A model generated the notes under the pieces. That model had not been told where the DNA came from. It made no database searches and saw only the letters and a list, made by a program, of their open reading frames with translations. The translations under genes were made by a program, and so were the position numbers. Source: Octopus vulgaris (Eukaryota). From it: DNA of 64,000 bases. Positions 26,813 to 39,665 of the stretch are shown one piece after another; the stretch's first letter is position 1; each line of letters starts with the position of its first letter. The stretch lies in assembly GCA_951406725.2 (NCBI GenBank), contig OX597827.1:11346001-11410000 (forward strand), in the 5' to 3' direction.

Positions 26813-27069
26813 ACCATTTTCAGTGTTGCCTCTCATTTCTCTGTCTGTCTGTCACTTTCTATGATCCCCCACTCTCTCTCTCTCTCTTCCCCTCTCTCTC
26901 TTTAGCTGCTATCTTCTATTTTTTTTTTGTGGATGGGTAGGTGCAGACTAATTTTAAATGACAAAATTCCTTTGTACTTCTGACAAAAGAAGGAATTATA
27001 CCATTTACCTAGGTTCATGGTATAGATACATGTGCATCAGAAGGTGTGTCCGCAGTTTATATTTTACTT

Positions 27070-27267
27070 GCTGAAGTCATTAGACTGTGGCCATGCTGGG
27101 GCTTCGCTATGAAGAGCATATTTTTCTTTACATTTTTAACTCTGGTACTTTCTCTATCATTCACTTATTGCTGAACTGCTAAGTTGCAGGAATGTAAACA
27201 GCAAAAGACAAACACAAACAGTAAAAGCAAACACAGCTTGCTGACGCATGCACACATAAACACACAA

Positions 27268-27339
<72 letters not shown>

Positions 27340-27510
27340 ACATACATGCACACATACAGATGCACATGTACATGCACACACCCATATTACATACTAGAAT
27401 TTCTGTATAGTTCCTTCTATCAGATTCAATTCCTTGCTGTGCAGTGAGTGGGATTGAACCCAGAACCAACATGGTTGTAAAGTGAACTTTTTAACCACAC
27501 AGCCATGCCT
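27070..27510 (-). mobile_element. SINE family A, old diverged copy
   Basis: gtcattagactgtggccatgctgg...gggattgaacccagaacc...accacacagccatgcctg. Confidence 0.7.
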
Positions 27511-27816
27511 GTGCTTTTATATATGAGTGTGTCTAGATACTGCATGAGATAGTTGTTTGAATCATTAGCACACCGGACAAAAAGCTTAGCAGCATTTCTT
27601 CCAGCTCTTGAGGTTGTAAGTTCAAATCCTGCTGAGGTCAACTTTCGCCTTTCATCCCTTCAGGGTCCATAAAATAAAGAAGCAGTCAAGTACTGTGACC
27701 AATGTAATTGACTTTCACCTGATTTTCTATTGATTTATAACATCCTTAACCACTCATCTATTTCATACTAATATATGACAAAAAAATATCAAAATGATAA
27801 AACTTCATTAATAAGC

Positions 27817-28210
27817 ACAGGCATGGTTGTGTGGTATGAAGCTTGCTTACCAACCACATGGTTCCAGGTTCAGTCCCACTGCATGGCACCTTGAACAAGA
27901 GCCTTCTACTCTAGACTTGGGCTGACCAAAGCCTTGTGAGTGGATTTGGTAGACAGAAACTGAAAGAAGCCCATCATATGTATGTATATGTGTTTGTGTG
28001 TCTGTGTTTGTCCACCCCACCCCCCATCGCTTGACAACCAATATCAGTGTGTTTACGTCCCCATAACTTAGCGGTTCGCCAAAAGAGACCGATAGAATAA
28101 GTACTAGGCTTACAAAGAATAAGTCCTGCACTCAATTTGCTCGACGAAAGGCGATGCTCCAGCATGGCCACAGTCAAATGACTGAAATAAGTGAAAGAGT
28201 AAAAGAGTAT
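27817..28210 (+). mobile_element. SINE family A, full length
   Basis: Head, core and tail all match 8341-8755. Confidence 0.88.
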
Positions 28211-28256
28211 CGAAAAATACCTTAGGAATGAGAACCCAGGTTCGAAATTTCCCCAA

Positions 28257-28302
28257 GACACCTGATGAAGGCAGGAGGGTATATCAGCCGAAACGTTGTG
28301 TT
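28257..28302 (+). ncRNA. Minimal type I hammerhead ribozyme motif in a Penelope pLTR-like fragment (about 28213-28360)
   Basis: gacac-CTGATGA-a-ggc[aggagggtatatca]gcc-GAA-ACGT-T-gtgtt. The core is intact, stem I is gacac/gtgtt, and stem III is palindromic. Confidence 0.72.
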
Positions 28303-29070
28303 AACAACAAACAAGATGAGGACAAATATCCGTCAAATGTAAATAACTTAAATAATGTAAATAAGAGAATCGTTTTCGATAGGTTAGTCTGTAAATCCTT
28401 GAATCAACAAAGACACATAAGAATCTTTAGTACATTAAAGAAAGAAGCAGAAGCTAGGTTTATCAAATACATTATTTTTAGCCTGCATGTAGTAGTAGAT
28501 TAATCACAATACTAAAGACTATGAACTTGGTGAAGGTACTAAATGTGTTATGCTTTTTAGATGAAGTAATTAGTACCGAAGGTGGCAGGATGGTTGTAAC
28601 AAAAAACAGTAGCTAGGTTGAGAATAGGGAATGAGGAAAGAAATTCAGAGAACTATTATTTCTCCTGAATACCAAATGTTTTCTCTCTCTTCCCATTGAA
28701 TAAGAATAAGTCGAATGCAATAAATAATCAGAATAATTTAGTATTGATTTCTGACACATAAGCTCAAGACTTACAAATTTTTATATGATGGGGAGAGTAT
28801 ACGCAATTAAATAAACCCCAGTACTTGACTGGTAATATTAATTAAGCAGTGCTAGTAAGTTCTCTTGATAATTACTTTTGATCTTCAAGCATACACTAAT
28901 TTCCTAAGAAATTATTACTACTGCTACCACCACCACCACCACCACCACCACCACCACCACCACTACCACCACCACCATCATCATCATCATTGTTCTTGTT
29001 CTTGTTATTGTTGTTGTTATTATTTCTATATGTGTGTGTGTATATATATATATGTATGTATGTATGTTTG

Positions 29071-29128
<58 letters not shown>

Positions 29129-29173
29129 TACATATATTCATATATATATATATATACACATACATACAAACAT

Positions 29174-29211
<38 letters not shown>

Positions 29212-29959
29212 GCATTTATAGATTTAATGTAATATACACAATGCATAAGCTACTAAATAATTTTCATTCATGTGATATATATTTATCAGTTAACATCTGT
29301 TTTTAATTGTAACTGAATTTATAAATGCGCGTGTGTGTCTGTATATATATGTATAAACACACATGTATATGTATATATACATATATACACATATATGTAT
29401 ATATACATATATACACATATATATACATATGTTTTTTTTTCTTTTAATAATAAATGTTATTTTACCTCTAAGCATATACAAACACATTAGCTTCAATTGT
29501 GTAAAATATAAAAGACTTGCTGATGTCTTTATATATAATGAATACAGCATAGATAATTAGGTAGTTCTATAATTCAATAATTCTTTTCATATGACATGAA
29601 ATGCAATGGATTGGAATGCTGCAAAACATTTACTACTACCACTTGAAAAGAGTAACACATATTGCTCTTTGGAATCGGTAAAAAAAAAAAGGGTATTATT
29701 GTTGATAGTTCAAAAATAAAACTACAGTAGCTACTATTACATTTATTTTGTCCTTTTATGAATATTACTATTAATTCTTTGGGCTAGAAAGGAAGGATTG
29801 ACAGGATTAGTATAAAGAGGAGAATAAAATAGTTTCTATCATTTATTTATGTCACTTGTGTGTTCTGAGCTCAAAATATTTCTGGGGTCAACTTTGCTCT
29901 TATCCTTTAAAAGAAAATACCAATCATGTAATGAATGTAATGATTTTTAAATTTTTATT

Positions 29960-30470
29960 TTTCACTTGTTTTCATTGATAAGACTGTGGTCTTGCTGGAG
30001 CATTGCATTTGATGTGTTTAACCACTAAAATTGAATTAATCCCAGTAATTATTTGTAGGTCTGGTATTTATTCTTTTTGGTCTTTTTTTTTTTTTTTTAC
30101 CAAACTGCTGAGTTATAGAGATGTGGACAAACTGACAGAGGTTTGCAAGTGCTGGGGAGCAGAAGTACAAATAAAAACACAAAGGCAGACAGGTAGGCAC
30201 ACACACACACACACACACATGTATATATTGTTGATATCATAAGATTCATAAATTTTGAGAAAATGTGAAATAAAGCCTTTCGGACTGGTGTATCTTGAAA
30301 CAAATATAGCTATATGTAATAGGGATTAAATATTTTTTCTACCTTTATTTACTTTTTATTGGTTGGCCCAGGATTATAGCAAAAAGGATTCTTACCCAAG
30401 GTGCCATGCAGTAGAACTGAACCCATGACCATGAGGTTGCAAAGCAAGCTGCTTATCCACACAGCCATGG
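29960..30470 (-). mobile_element. SINE family A, old diverged copy
   Basis: cttgttt...gactgtggtcttgctggagca...cccaaggtgccatgcagtagaactgaaccc...cacacagccatg. Confidence 0.65.
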
Positions 30471-30764
30471 GTACATAACATTGACTATGCCTATCCTCAA
30501 CTCCAATAAAATCTGAGTTGTGATTATGTCCTGAATGAATATTATTATCATTATTAATATCACTTTAATACATTTAGTTATTTATTACATAAACTATCTC
30601 ACAAAAAAGGCAGTTAATTTAGCAAAATTGTGTTGGGTAACTTTTATATTCTTACTGCAAACAATTTATCATAGGTAACCATATATAAATTCAAAGGCAA
30701 GTCAAAGGTTTTGCAATAATTTGGTGACTTATTTGGCTATATTTGTCAAGTGACAACAAACGCA

Positions 30765-31000
30765 GTCTTGCATTCAAAGTAGAAGCCATCGTGTTACACT
30801 GTCTGAAACCATTTTTCTGCTAGTTCTTTGATCCAATGCTGATGCCAGTTCTTATTCTTCAAGGTGAAGAATTCCTTCACTGAAGTTTTTATCCCGTTTT
30901 GATTGATGAGGTGTCACAAGTGTAGAAAATGCATCATGAACTAGAACAAGTATTAATCTGAGGGAACTAGGTCTGGACTACATGCTGGTCGTGGCATCAG
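30765..31000 (-). mobile_element. Mariner transposase C-terminal remnant
   Basis: The minus strand reads PRPACSPDLVPSD*YLF...IKELAEKWFQTV*HDGFYFE (YSPDLAPSD motif). Confidence 0.8.
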
Positions 31001-31084
31001 TATAATTCCTGTGAAGGCGGCGAGCTGGCAGAAATGTTAGCACGCCGGGTGAAATGCTTAGCAGTATTTCGTCTGCCACTATGT

Positions 31085-31420
31085 ACAGAAAGTCCATCTA
31101 ACGGACATTGTGGGGTGACTTGACAATTACAGGTTTTCTCACTAGCAGTGGTGGTTCATCCCCTTCACAGCCTTGGCAAAAGTACCTAGAGCTGCTGAAT
31201 TGTGCCTTGTGAATTGACTCAGGCTGGCTAAAGCACAGAGGCAACTGGATGTTTCCAAGATCTTGCAAAACTTATATGATCTGCATTTTCTCAAGAGGAT
31301 AATAATGTGCAATGAAAAGTGAATATTTTTCTGCAATCCTAAAGTGCATATGCAGTGTTTGAGCAAGGGCCAGATTCTGGAACCTGTTGCCAAACATGCT
31401 GATTAAGTGCTATGGATAGA
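31085..31420 (+). mobile_element. Mariner transposase central remnant
   Basis: VPCELTQ (WVPHEL motif) and HFLKRIIMCNEK*IFF (IITGDEKW motif). Confidence 0.7.
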
Positions 31421-31501
31421 CCATAGTTAAGTTCCAGGTTCAGTGATTATGCAAATAAGGGATCCAACTTAGGTCATATATCAGCATGTGTATATAAAAA
31501 A

Positions 31502-31975
31502 TTTTTCATAATGAGATAACAAACCATAGCTGTGTAGATTTTAGAACATTTATAAATAGAAGGTCTTACAGCTGTTTCCAGGATATAAATTATAGCCCTT
31601 CATCGGAGACGGTGTGAGAGGATGGTTAAGTCATAGTTAGTTTAGATAGGATACAAAATAGAGAGTGAGGTGGAGGAATGAAAATAGATGTAAGATATGT
31701 AGGGATATTGTCTTTGTAGATCCATTATTTAGGCAGAATGGTATACATATAAGATTCCAATACCTTATGAGTAAAATCCAATAGTATTTAAAATTGGTCA
31801 TTCCAAGTATAGAGTTTATACACAGTGTTGTTGAATCAAGGGTTTTATTTAAAGTGACCTAAAAGTAGGGAATTTATTAGTAAGGTCAAACATCCTAGAA
31901 ACAGCTGTAAGACCTTCTATTTATAAATGTTCTAAAATTTACACAGCCTTGGTTTGTTATCTCATTATGAAAAAA
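31502..31975. mobile_element. Penelope-like inverted pLTR remnant
   Basis: 83-bp inverted arms at 31502-31584 and 31892-31975 that overlap a hammerhead motif. Confidence 0.65.
31563..31610 (-). ncRNA. Type I hammerhead ribozyme motif (CCGAUGA variant)
   Basis: The minus strand reads gtct-CCGATGA-agg[gctataatttatat]cct-g-GAA-ACAGCTGT-A-agac, with stem I gtct/agac, palindromic stem III and a GUA cleavage triplet. Confidence 0.65.
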
Positions 31976-32111
31976 AATTTATATACAAACACACACACAC
32001 ACACATGCACACACACACATATATACATACATATAATACATGCGTGCACATATATTTGTATGTATATATACATATATATATATGTTTATATCATATATAT
32101 ATATATGTATG

Positions 32112-32146
<35 letters not shown>

Positions 32147-32167
32147 TTATATATATGCATATAAACA

Positions 32168-32222
<55 letters not shown>

Positions 32223-32410
32223 ATGTAATTTTGTGAGAGGGAAGGAATTATCATTTATCAAGGGTTATGGTGTATAACTAATAATCAATGATATCAGCTC
32301 TATTTTTGTATTTCTGTGCAATTTTACTGCAGCTATCCATATCTCCTCTTGACATTAGATTATTTCCGATGTGTTTTGTTGCAATTTTATGGACATCGTA
32401 ATTAGCGTTT

Positions 32411-32738
32411 AGGCTTTGGAAGTCTTAGAGTTGCTTGGCACCAAGAATTTTATTGTTCTTTCCTTCTACTTTAGAATTAGTCCATTTAAGAGGGGGAAAA
32501 AAAGATAAAGCAAAAAGAAACAAAGAAAAACCAAAAAAAAACAACAAAAAAAACAAACGCGGTTGTTAACCCAAAGTTCTAATTAGTTAAGATTTTTTTT
32601 TTTCTTTTATATTCAGTAATTACTCATCTGTCATGGTTTAATTCTGTTATACGATTGTTTTATTATCTGCTTCGATATTGTCAACATTCAACCAGTACCC
32701 AAGATATTTGAATGGTTTGAAGATTTTTCAGACAAACA
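32411..32738 (+). repeat. Unique-sequence block duplicated at 37234-37679 (probable donor copy)
   Basis: aggctttggaagtcttagag...ttcagacaaaca is near-identical at both sites. Confidence 0.92.
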
Positions 32739-33119
32739 GCATTTTTTTCTTCTTCTTTCTGTCTGCATAAAAATCTATAGAATTCTTAATTCTGATTTCA
32801 AATGCTATGTTTCAGACTTTTTGCTGTGTTTGTTTTCAGATCGACTTCATTAAATACTTCAAACAATGTATTTATAATGATGTCTCACTGATGTTCTGTG
32901 TGGGTAGTTGCATGTAATTTCATCTTTGTTATGATTCCATACATTAACAGAAAGAAATCTCCCTTATAATAATAAAAAAAGGTGTGTCCCATAAGCTATT
33001 GAAAGCATAATTTTCACATAGTGTAGCTGGAGTTGTTGTGGCTATTGTTATTGTTGTTGGGCATCTTCAGTCACCCCTGATTGAGCTGTAATAATAAAAG
33101 ACATTCCCATATTCATTCA

Positions 33120-33743
33120 TTTACTCTTTACTCTTTTTACTTGTTTCAGTCATTTGATTGTGGCCATGCTGGAGCACCGCCTTTAATCGAGAAAACTCGA
33201 CCCCGGGACTTATTCTTTGGTAAGCCCAGTACTTATTCTATCGGTCTCTTTTTGCCAAACCGCTAAGTAACGGGGACATAAACACACCAGCATCGGTTGT
33301 CAAGCAATGCTAGGGGGACAAACACAGACACACAAACACACACACGCATATATATATATATATATATATATCTTATCTATATAAACGGCAGTTTGTCTGT
33401 GCGTGTTTCTGTGTGTCTGTTTGCTTGTACCCTCACCCTTACCACGGCTTTCAACCGATTCTGATGAAACTTGACACACACATAGCCCAATGTCATAATT
33501 CAAAACTAACGCAGCGAAAATTTTGAAAAGTTCCCCCAGTTCTGAAAAATCGATAAATTCGACATGGGGTCGAGAATCAGGAATACGAACCACAAACTGT
33601 CTAGGGGACGCAACTCCACCTTTTTTAAATCTCAAAAAAAAATTTACCATAATTTTTTTGCTATTTTTTGGCTATAACTCTCTAAAAATGCTTATATAGT
33701 TATTTCCCTTACAAACCTGAGCAACGCCGGGCGATACTGCTAG

Positions 33744-33775
<32 letters not shown>

Positions 33776-33945
33776 TACAACGGGCTTCTTTCAGTTTCCG
33801 TCTACCAAATCCACTCACAAGGCTTTGGTTGGCCCGAGGCTTTGGTTGGCACAAGGCTTTGGTTGGCCCAAGGTGCCACGCAGTAGGACTGAACCCGGAA
33901 CCATGTTGTTGGTAAGCAAGCTACTTACCACACAGCCACTCCTGC
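33120..33945 (-). mobile_element. SINE family A interrupted by a Helitron
   Basis: Family A tail half at 33120-33370 and head half at 33744-33945. Confidence 0.88.
33371..33743 (+). mobile_element. Non-autonomous Helitron
   Basis: 5' TC (tcttatctatataaa), 3' hairpin cctgagcaacgccggg followed by CTAG. Inserted at A|T within (TA)n, with no TSD. Confidence 0.85.
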
Positions 33946-34309
33946 GCTTTGTTCATTTTACATAAATTTTCTATGCCTGCATGAGTTAGACAAATATATA
34001 TTATTGATGAATTGATTTTCACAGATTGATGTAGATATGGCTGTGTGATTAAGAAACTTGTTTCCTCGACCTTGATGTTTTGGGTTCAATCACTCGGTGC
34101 AGAAACTTTTGACAAGTGTTTTTTTTTTACTGTAATCCCAGGCTAATCAAAGAATTAATGTTGTTGTTGTACATTGGCAAAAGATTGAAAATCCAATTTT
34201 TTTGTTCTGAATTATGTTGCAAACACTCCTTTGTATATTTCTTACCATCAGAAATGCAGCAGATCAATGATTTACCCCTTGCTCGCCTGCAACTAATAAA
34301 AAGTTTCCG

Positions 34310-34396
34310 TCATATCCTCTTTGTTGTCATCATCATCATTTTCGTTTTCATCATCATCATTATCACCATTGTCGTCATCATCATCGTCGTCACCAC

Positions 34397-34463
<67 letters not shown>

Positions 34464-34516
34464 GTCATCACCACCACCATCATCATCATCATCATCATCA
34501 TCCTCATGATCATCAT

Positions 34517-34549
<33 letters not shown>

Positions 34550-34572
34550 CATCATCATCATCATGATCATTT
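34310..34572. repeat. (CAT)n microsatellite, probably the expanded tail of an old family C copy (34570-34740, minus strand)
   Basis: Immediately followed by tttaacccctgttttccatgctggtatggg. Confidence 0.8.
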
Positions 34573-35825
34573 AACCCCTGTTTTCCATGCTGGTATGGGC
34601 TGGAAGTTTTGACTGCAGAGCTGCTCAGATCCCACTGTCAGCTTTGATATCATTTCTGTGGCTGGAGGCCTTCCTTAACAGCTACCACTTTACAGTGTTT
34701 GCTTGGAGTTTTTTTTTTTTTTCATGACACTGACACCAAGGAGGTCACTAAGTAACTTGCAAAACAAAGTAACAAAAAAAAAACCCTCCAAAATATTGTC
34801 TTTCAGAAAATGGGAAATGACTTTACGCCATGTGTTGATGATGGTTGAAGTATGATAGCAGGACAAGCAAAGAGGTTTTGCTATAGAGGAGATACATGCT
34901 TGCCCTACATTATGTGAAGGGGAAAAAAGCTGGAAGAGAGATAAAGATGGTGATGAAAGGGTGCTAGAGCATACTTTCAAGGTACAAGAAGGTGAATATT
35001 AGGAAGAATATAGACAGTAGATCAGTGGCGTCATCTGGTGGTTGTTGTCATCACTGGGTGTGCTGACACAACATTAGTATTATTCAAATTAGGCATACTG
35101 ACAATGTAGATGTCTTGCAAACAACTTGCACATGCAAGTGCTACCAGTTAAAAGCTCCGTATATCGGAAGCTAGCAAGTGTATGGAGTCATCAGGAGAGA
35201 ATGCGCGCCGTTTCGGGGCCTACCTCTCTATTCAAAATGCAGGATCCAAAATGCAAATAATGTAAACTTAATTCATGTGGGACACAGATATATGACACTA
35301 AAGCAAACTGAATTATACCCTATAAATTGTAAGCATTCTAAAATAAGCCATAATTTTCTTATGTGCACACATTGAAAAATAAGAAACCATATAATTTTAC
35401 TTACTTAGATTACTTATATGCAAGTTCCATTCTTCTTCTTTGAGATGTAAAATGTTCGATAACCTTATTGTACAATGAACCACTTTATTATTAGCTTTGA
35501 AAACAAATTAAGATTAAAATTACATGATGATATTGTAAGAAAAAAAATATTGTAAAAATAATTAGTTTTAGCTTTGGAATTTTAATTTAATTTAAACGTA
35601 CAACTTCTCACCATGAAAACAAACATGTGACCGTGCTCTCAAAGCTGTCACACACACTTGCCATTAGTTCTTTGCCATTCTCCCATTATCCTTCGATATG
35701 CCTGGTACTGTATTATGATGTGATGCTGTGATGCATGGTGAGATGTGCAGTGTTATTTCAGGTCACCTGTCACCAAATTTCGAGCAAAAGTTTTCTACTT
35801 TGATTTGTGATTAAATTGATGATTA

Positions 35826-36226
35826 CTCTCTCTCTTTACACTTTTACTTGTTTCAGTCATTTGACTGTGGCCATGCTGGAGCACCGCCTTTTAGTCGAGC
35901 AAATCGACCCCGGGACTTATTCTTTGTAAGCCCAGTACTTATTCTATCGGTCTCTTTTGCCGAACCGCTAAGTGACAGGGACGTAAACACACCAGCATTG
36001 GTTGTCAAGCAATGCTAGGGGGACAAACACAGATACACAAACACATATATTTATATACATACATATATACGACAGGCTTCTTTCAGTTTCCGTCTACCAA
36101 ATCCACTCACAAGGCATTGGTCGGCCTGGGGCTATAGCAGAAGACACTTGCTCAAGATGCCACGCAGTGGGACTGAACCTGGAACCATGTGGTTGGTTAG
36201 CAAGCTACTTACCACACAGCCACTCA
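35826..36226 (-). mobile_element. SINE family A, full length
   Basis: Matches the family A consensus seen elsewhere in the window. Confidence 0.9.
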
Positions 36227-36450
36227 GGTTAATATTTATAATGGATTTGCCATTTTCAATGGGTGTGCAGTGCACACTTAGCACGCCCAGAGTATATGCT
36301 CCTGCAGTGGATCCAGAAGGAAAGAAAGGGTGCATAGTTTCGATAACATGCGAGAGGAGATTGACACATGGTTAGAGATGGGGAGAGAGGTTGATATAAA
36401 GTGTGACAAACAAAGGTAGAGGAGGGGTTGATGGTATATATCTGTACAGA

Positions 36451-36844
36451 TTAGCACGCCGGGCGAAATGCATAGCCATAATTTGCCTGCCATTACGTTC
36501 TGAGTTCAAATTCCGCCGAGGTCGACTTTGCCTTTCATCCTTTCAGGGTCAATAAATTAAGTACCAGTTACGCACTGGGGTCGATATAATCGACTTAATC
36601 CATTTGTTTGTCCTTGTTTGTCCTCTCTGCGTTTAGCCCCCTGTGAGTAATAAAGAAATAGGTATTGCGCCTGCCACTATGTTCTGGGTTCAAATTCCAC
36701 TGAGATCGACTTTGCCTTTCATCCTTTCAGGGTCGACAAATTAAGTACCAGTTACGCACTGGGGTCGATATAATCGACTTAATCCATTTGTCTGTCCTTG
36801 TTTGTCCCCTCTGTGTTTAGACTCCTGTGGGTAGCAAAGAAATA
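36451..36844 (+). mobile_element. SINE family B dimer, 5'-truncated
   Basis: 18-bp TSD ggtatatatc(t/a)gtacaga at 36433-36450 and 36845-36862. Confidence 0.88.
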
Positions 36845-37233
36845 GGTATATATCAGTACAGAATTGGATGGTTGGGTGGGTGGATACTTATAGAGTAGTG
36901 GACTGAATTTCATGTTGCGACCATGCATGCAGATCATTTTAAAAAATGGGACATGAATCATTGCCACTGAAGCTAGTAAACCAATGCTGAGCTCACTGCA
37001 ACCCTACATATTAACAGAAATATTTCTTTCTTATCATGGCATACAGCCAACAATTTCAAGGGGAGGAGTGAGTTGATTACATTGGTCCCCGATCTCAAAT
37101 GGATAAAAAGCTGACACAGTGGAATTTGAACTCAGAATATAAAGCTCACCATCTTGTATCTTTTATCTTCTAATTTTTGAAATCATTCGACTATGGCCAT
37201 GCTGGGGCAGTGCCTTGAAGAATATTTAGTCTA

Positions 37234-37679
37234 AGGCTTTGGAAGTCTTAGAGTTGCTTGGCACCAAGAATTTTGTTGTTCTTTCCTTCTACTTTAGAAT
37301 TAGTCCATTTAAGAGGGGGAAAAAAGATGAAGCAAAAAGAAACAAAGAAAAACCAATAATAAAAAACAAAAAACAAACGCGGTTGTTAACCCAAAGTTCT
37401 AATTAGTTAAGATTTTTTTTTCTTTTATATTCAGTAATTACACATCTGTCATGGTTTAATTCTGTTATACGAGTAGACACACTGCCAGATCAGACTGGAG
37501 CCTGGTGCAGCCCCTGGCTTCCCAGACCCCGGTCGAACTGTCCAACCTGTGCTAGCGTGGAAAACGGACGTTAAACGATGATGATGGTGATGATGATTGT
37601 TTTATTATCTGCTTCGATATTGTCAACATTCAACCAGTACCCAAGATATTTGAATGGTTTGAAGATTTTCAGACAAACA
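37234..37679 (+). repeat. Copy of 32411-32738 inside an old SINE A, carrying a family C 3' fragment at 37473-37596
   Basis: Aligned by eye. SINE A sequence resumes on both sides. Confidence 0.9.
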
Positions 37680-37739
37680 AACTATAGAGTTACAGGGCCT
37701 TAAACACACCAACACCGGTTGTCAAGTGGTGGTGGGGAC

Positions 37740-37774
<35 letters not shown>

Positions 37775-37775
<1 letters not shown>

Positions 37776-37990
37776 AGGGAGTGCTGAAAAGTTTCTGGCT
37801 TGGGTAAAAAAAAATACTGGAGGAACAGTTAATTATGATTTTATTCAGCATATTCCCCTCTCAGTTTTACTGTTATTGCAGTGGTCCTTCAGTTTTTCCA
37901 AGCCCTCCAAAGAACTAAGAAGGGTTGGGCCTCCAACGAGGCCTTTTACAATACCTTTTAAACCAGGAAATTTGTTTCCAGTAATTCTTC
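37775..37990 (-). mobile_element. Mariner-derived non-autonomous element
   Basis: Imperfect TIRs gagggagtgctgaaaagtttctgg / ccaggaaatttgtttccagtaattcttc. The minus strand ends LRGEYAE* like mariner C-termini. Confidence 0.55.
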
Positions 37991-38076
37991 ATATGTATAA
38001 GACTGGCTTATTTTAGCTTCCATCTACTAATTCCAATCACAAGGCTTTGGTCAGCCCAAGGCTATAGTAAAAGACA

Positions 38077-38487
38077 GAAAACGGCAAGCTGGCAGAAACG
38101 TTAGCATGCCGGGCGAAATGCTTTGCAGTATTTCGTCCGCCACTGCGTTCTGAGTTCAAATTCCGCCGAGGTTGATTTTGCCTTTCGGGGTCAATAAATT
38201 AAGTACCAGTTTAGCACTGGGGTCAATGTAATCGACTTAATCCGTTTGTCTGTCCTTGTTTGTCTCCTCTGTGTTTAGCCCCTTGTGGGTAATAAAGAAA
38301 TAGGCATTTCGTCCGCCGCTGCGTTCTGAGTTCTAATTCCGCCGAGGTCGACTTTGCCTTTCATCCTTTCGGGGTCGATGAATTAAGTACCAGTTAAGCA
38401 CTGGGGTTAATGTAATCGACTTAATCCGTTTGTCTGTCCTTGTTTGTCCCCTCTTTGTTTAGCCCCTTCTGGGTAGTAAAGAAATAT
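38077..38487 (+). mobile_element. SINE family B dimer inserted in SINE A
   Basis: TSD tatagtaaaagaca on both sides. Confidence 0.88.
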
Positions 38488-38592
38488 ATAGTAAAAGACA
38501 CTTGCACAAGATGTCATATTGTAGGACTGAACCCAAGACCATATGCTTTTGAAGTAAGCTTCTTACCACACAGCCACATCTATGTCTGTATA

Positions 38593-38811
38593 TATTTCTT
38601 TACTACCCACAAGGGGCTAAACACAGAGGGGACAAACAAGGACAGACAAAGGGATTAAGTCGACTACATCGACCCCAGTGCATAACTGGTACTTAATTTA
38701 TCGACCCCGGTAGGATGAAAGGCAAAGTCGACCTCGGCGGAATTTGAACTCGGAACGTAACGACAGACGAATTTCGCCCGGCGTGCTAACGTTTCTACCA
38801 GCTCGCCGCCT
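38593..38811 (-). mobile_element. SINE family B monomer
   Basis: TSD tgtctgtatat(a/g)tttc. Confidence 0.88.
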
Positions 38812-39269
38812 TTGTCTGTATATGTTTCAGAAATAATAATCCACAAGTATTCACTGCATGTCAAAACACAAACATCCTTGCCACTACTACAGTCAGAAAT
38901 TTTCTGTAAAACATACTAACTCTCTCTCTCTATATATATATATATATCAGTCTTTCAAAACTTCTTTTAATCTCATAAATAACAATTCCAGATTGTCAGC
39001 TTCATGTTGATTGGATAATTTTAAAAAATAATAGAAAGGTTTGGTGTAGACAGAAAGATGAGATAAATAACAATCTTTTGTTTTGTGTAGTGCCATCCAA
39101 AGAAAATATACTAGATGATGGATGTAAATAATTTGTAATATACAGGCGATAACAATAGTAAGTATGTTCGTACATGTATGTGTGAAAAATTTGCGTTTTC
39201 TATCCAGTTTTGGGCACTTACAATACATACTACTTCGCTCATATCTAATAATACAAAACATATTTTGCA

Positions 39270-39405
39270 TTGTCATATATACATACATACACATATACAT
39301 ACACATACAGGTCTGTATATATCTATATACATATCTCTGATGATATATATATAAATATATATATATATACACATATATATACATATACATATATATATAT
39401 ACATA

Positions 39406-39446
<41 letters not shown>

Positions 39447-39522
39447 TATATTATATATATATATACATACATACATGCATATATATGCATATATGTATAT
39501 ATATATATATATAGATATATAG

Positions 39523-39596
<74 letters not shown>

Positions 39597-39630
39597 CATA
39601 TACATACATATATATATATATATACATACA

Positions 39631-39665
<35 letters not shown>

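Noticed and set aside
35023-35820. Possible hAT left end (cagtggcgtca) and a mariner-like LVTGD motif
   Set aside because: No matching right end or extended motif series was found.
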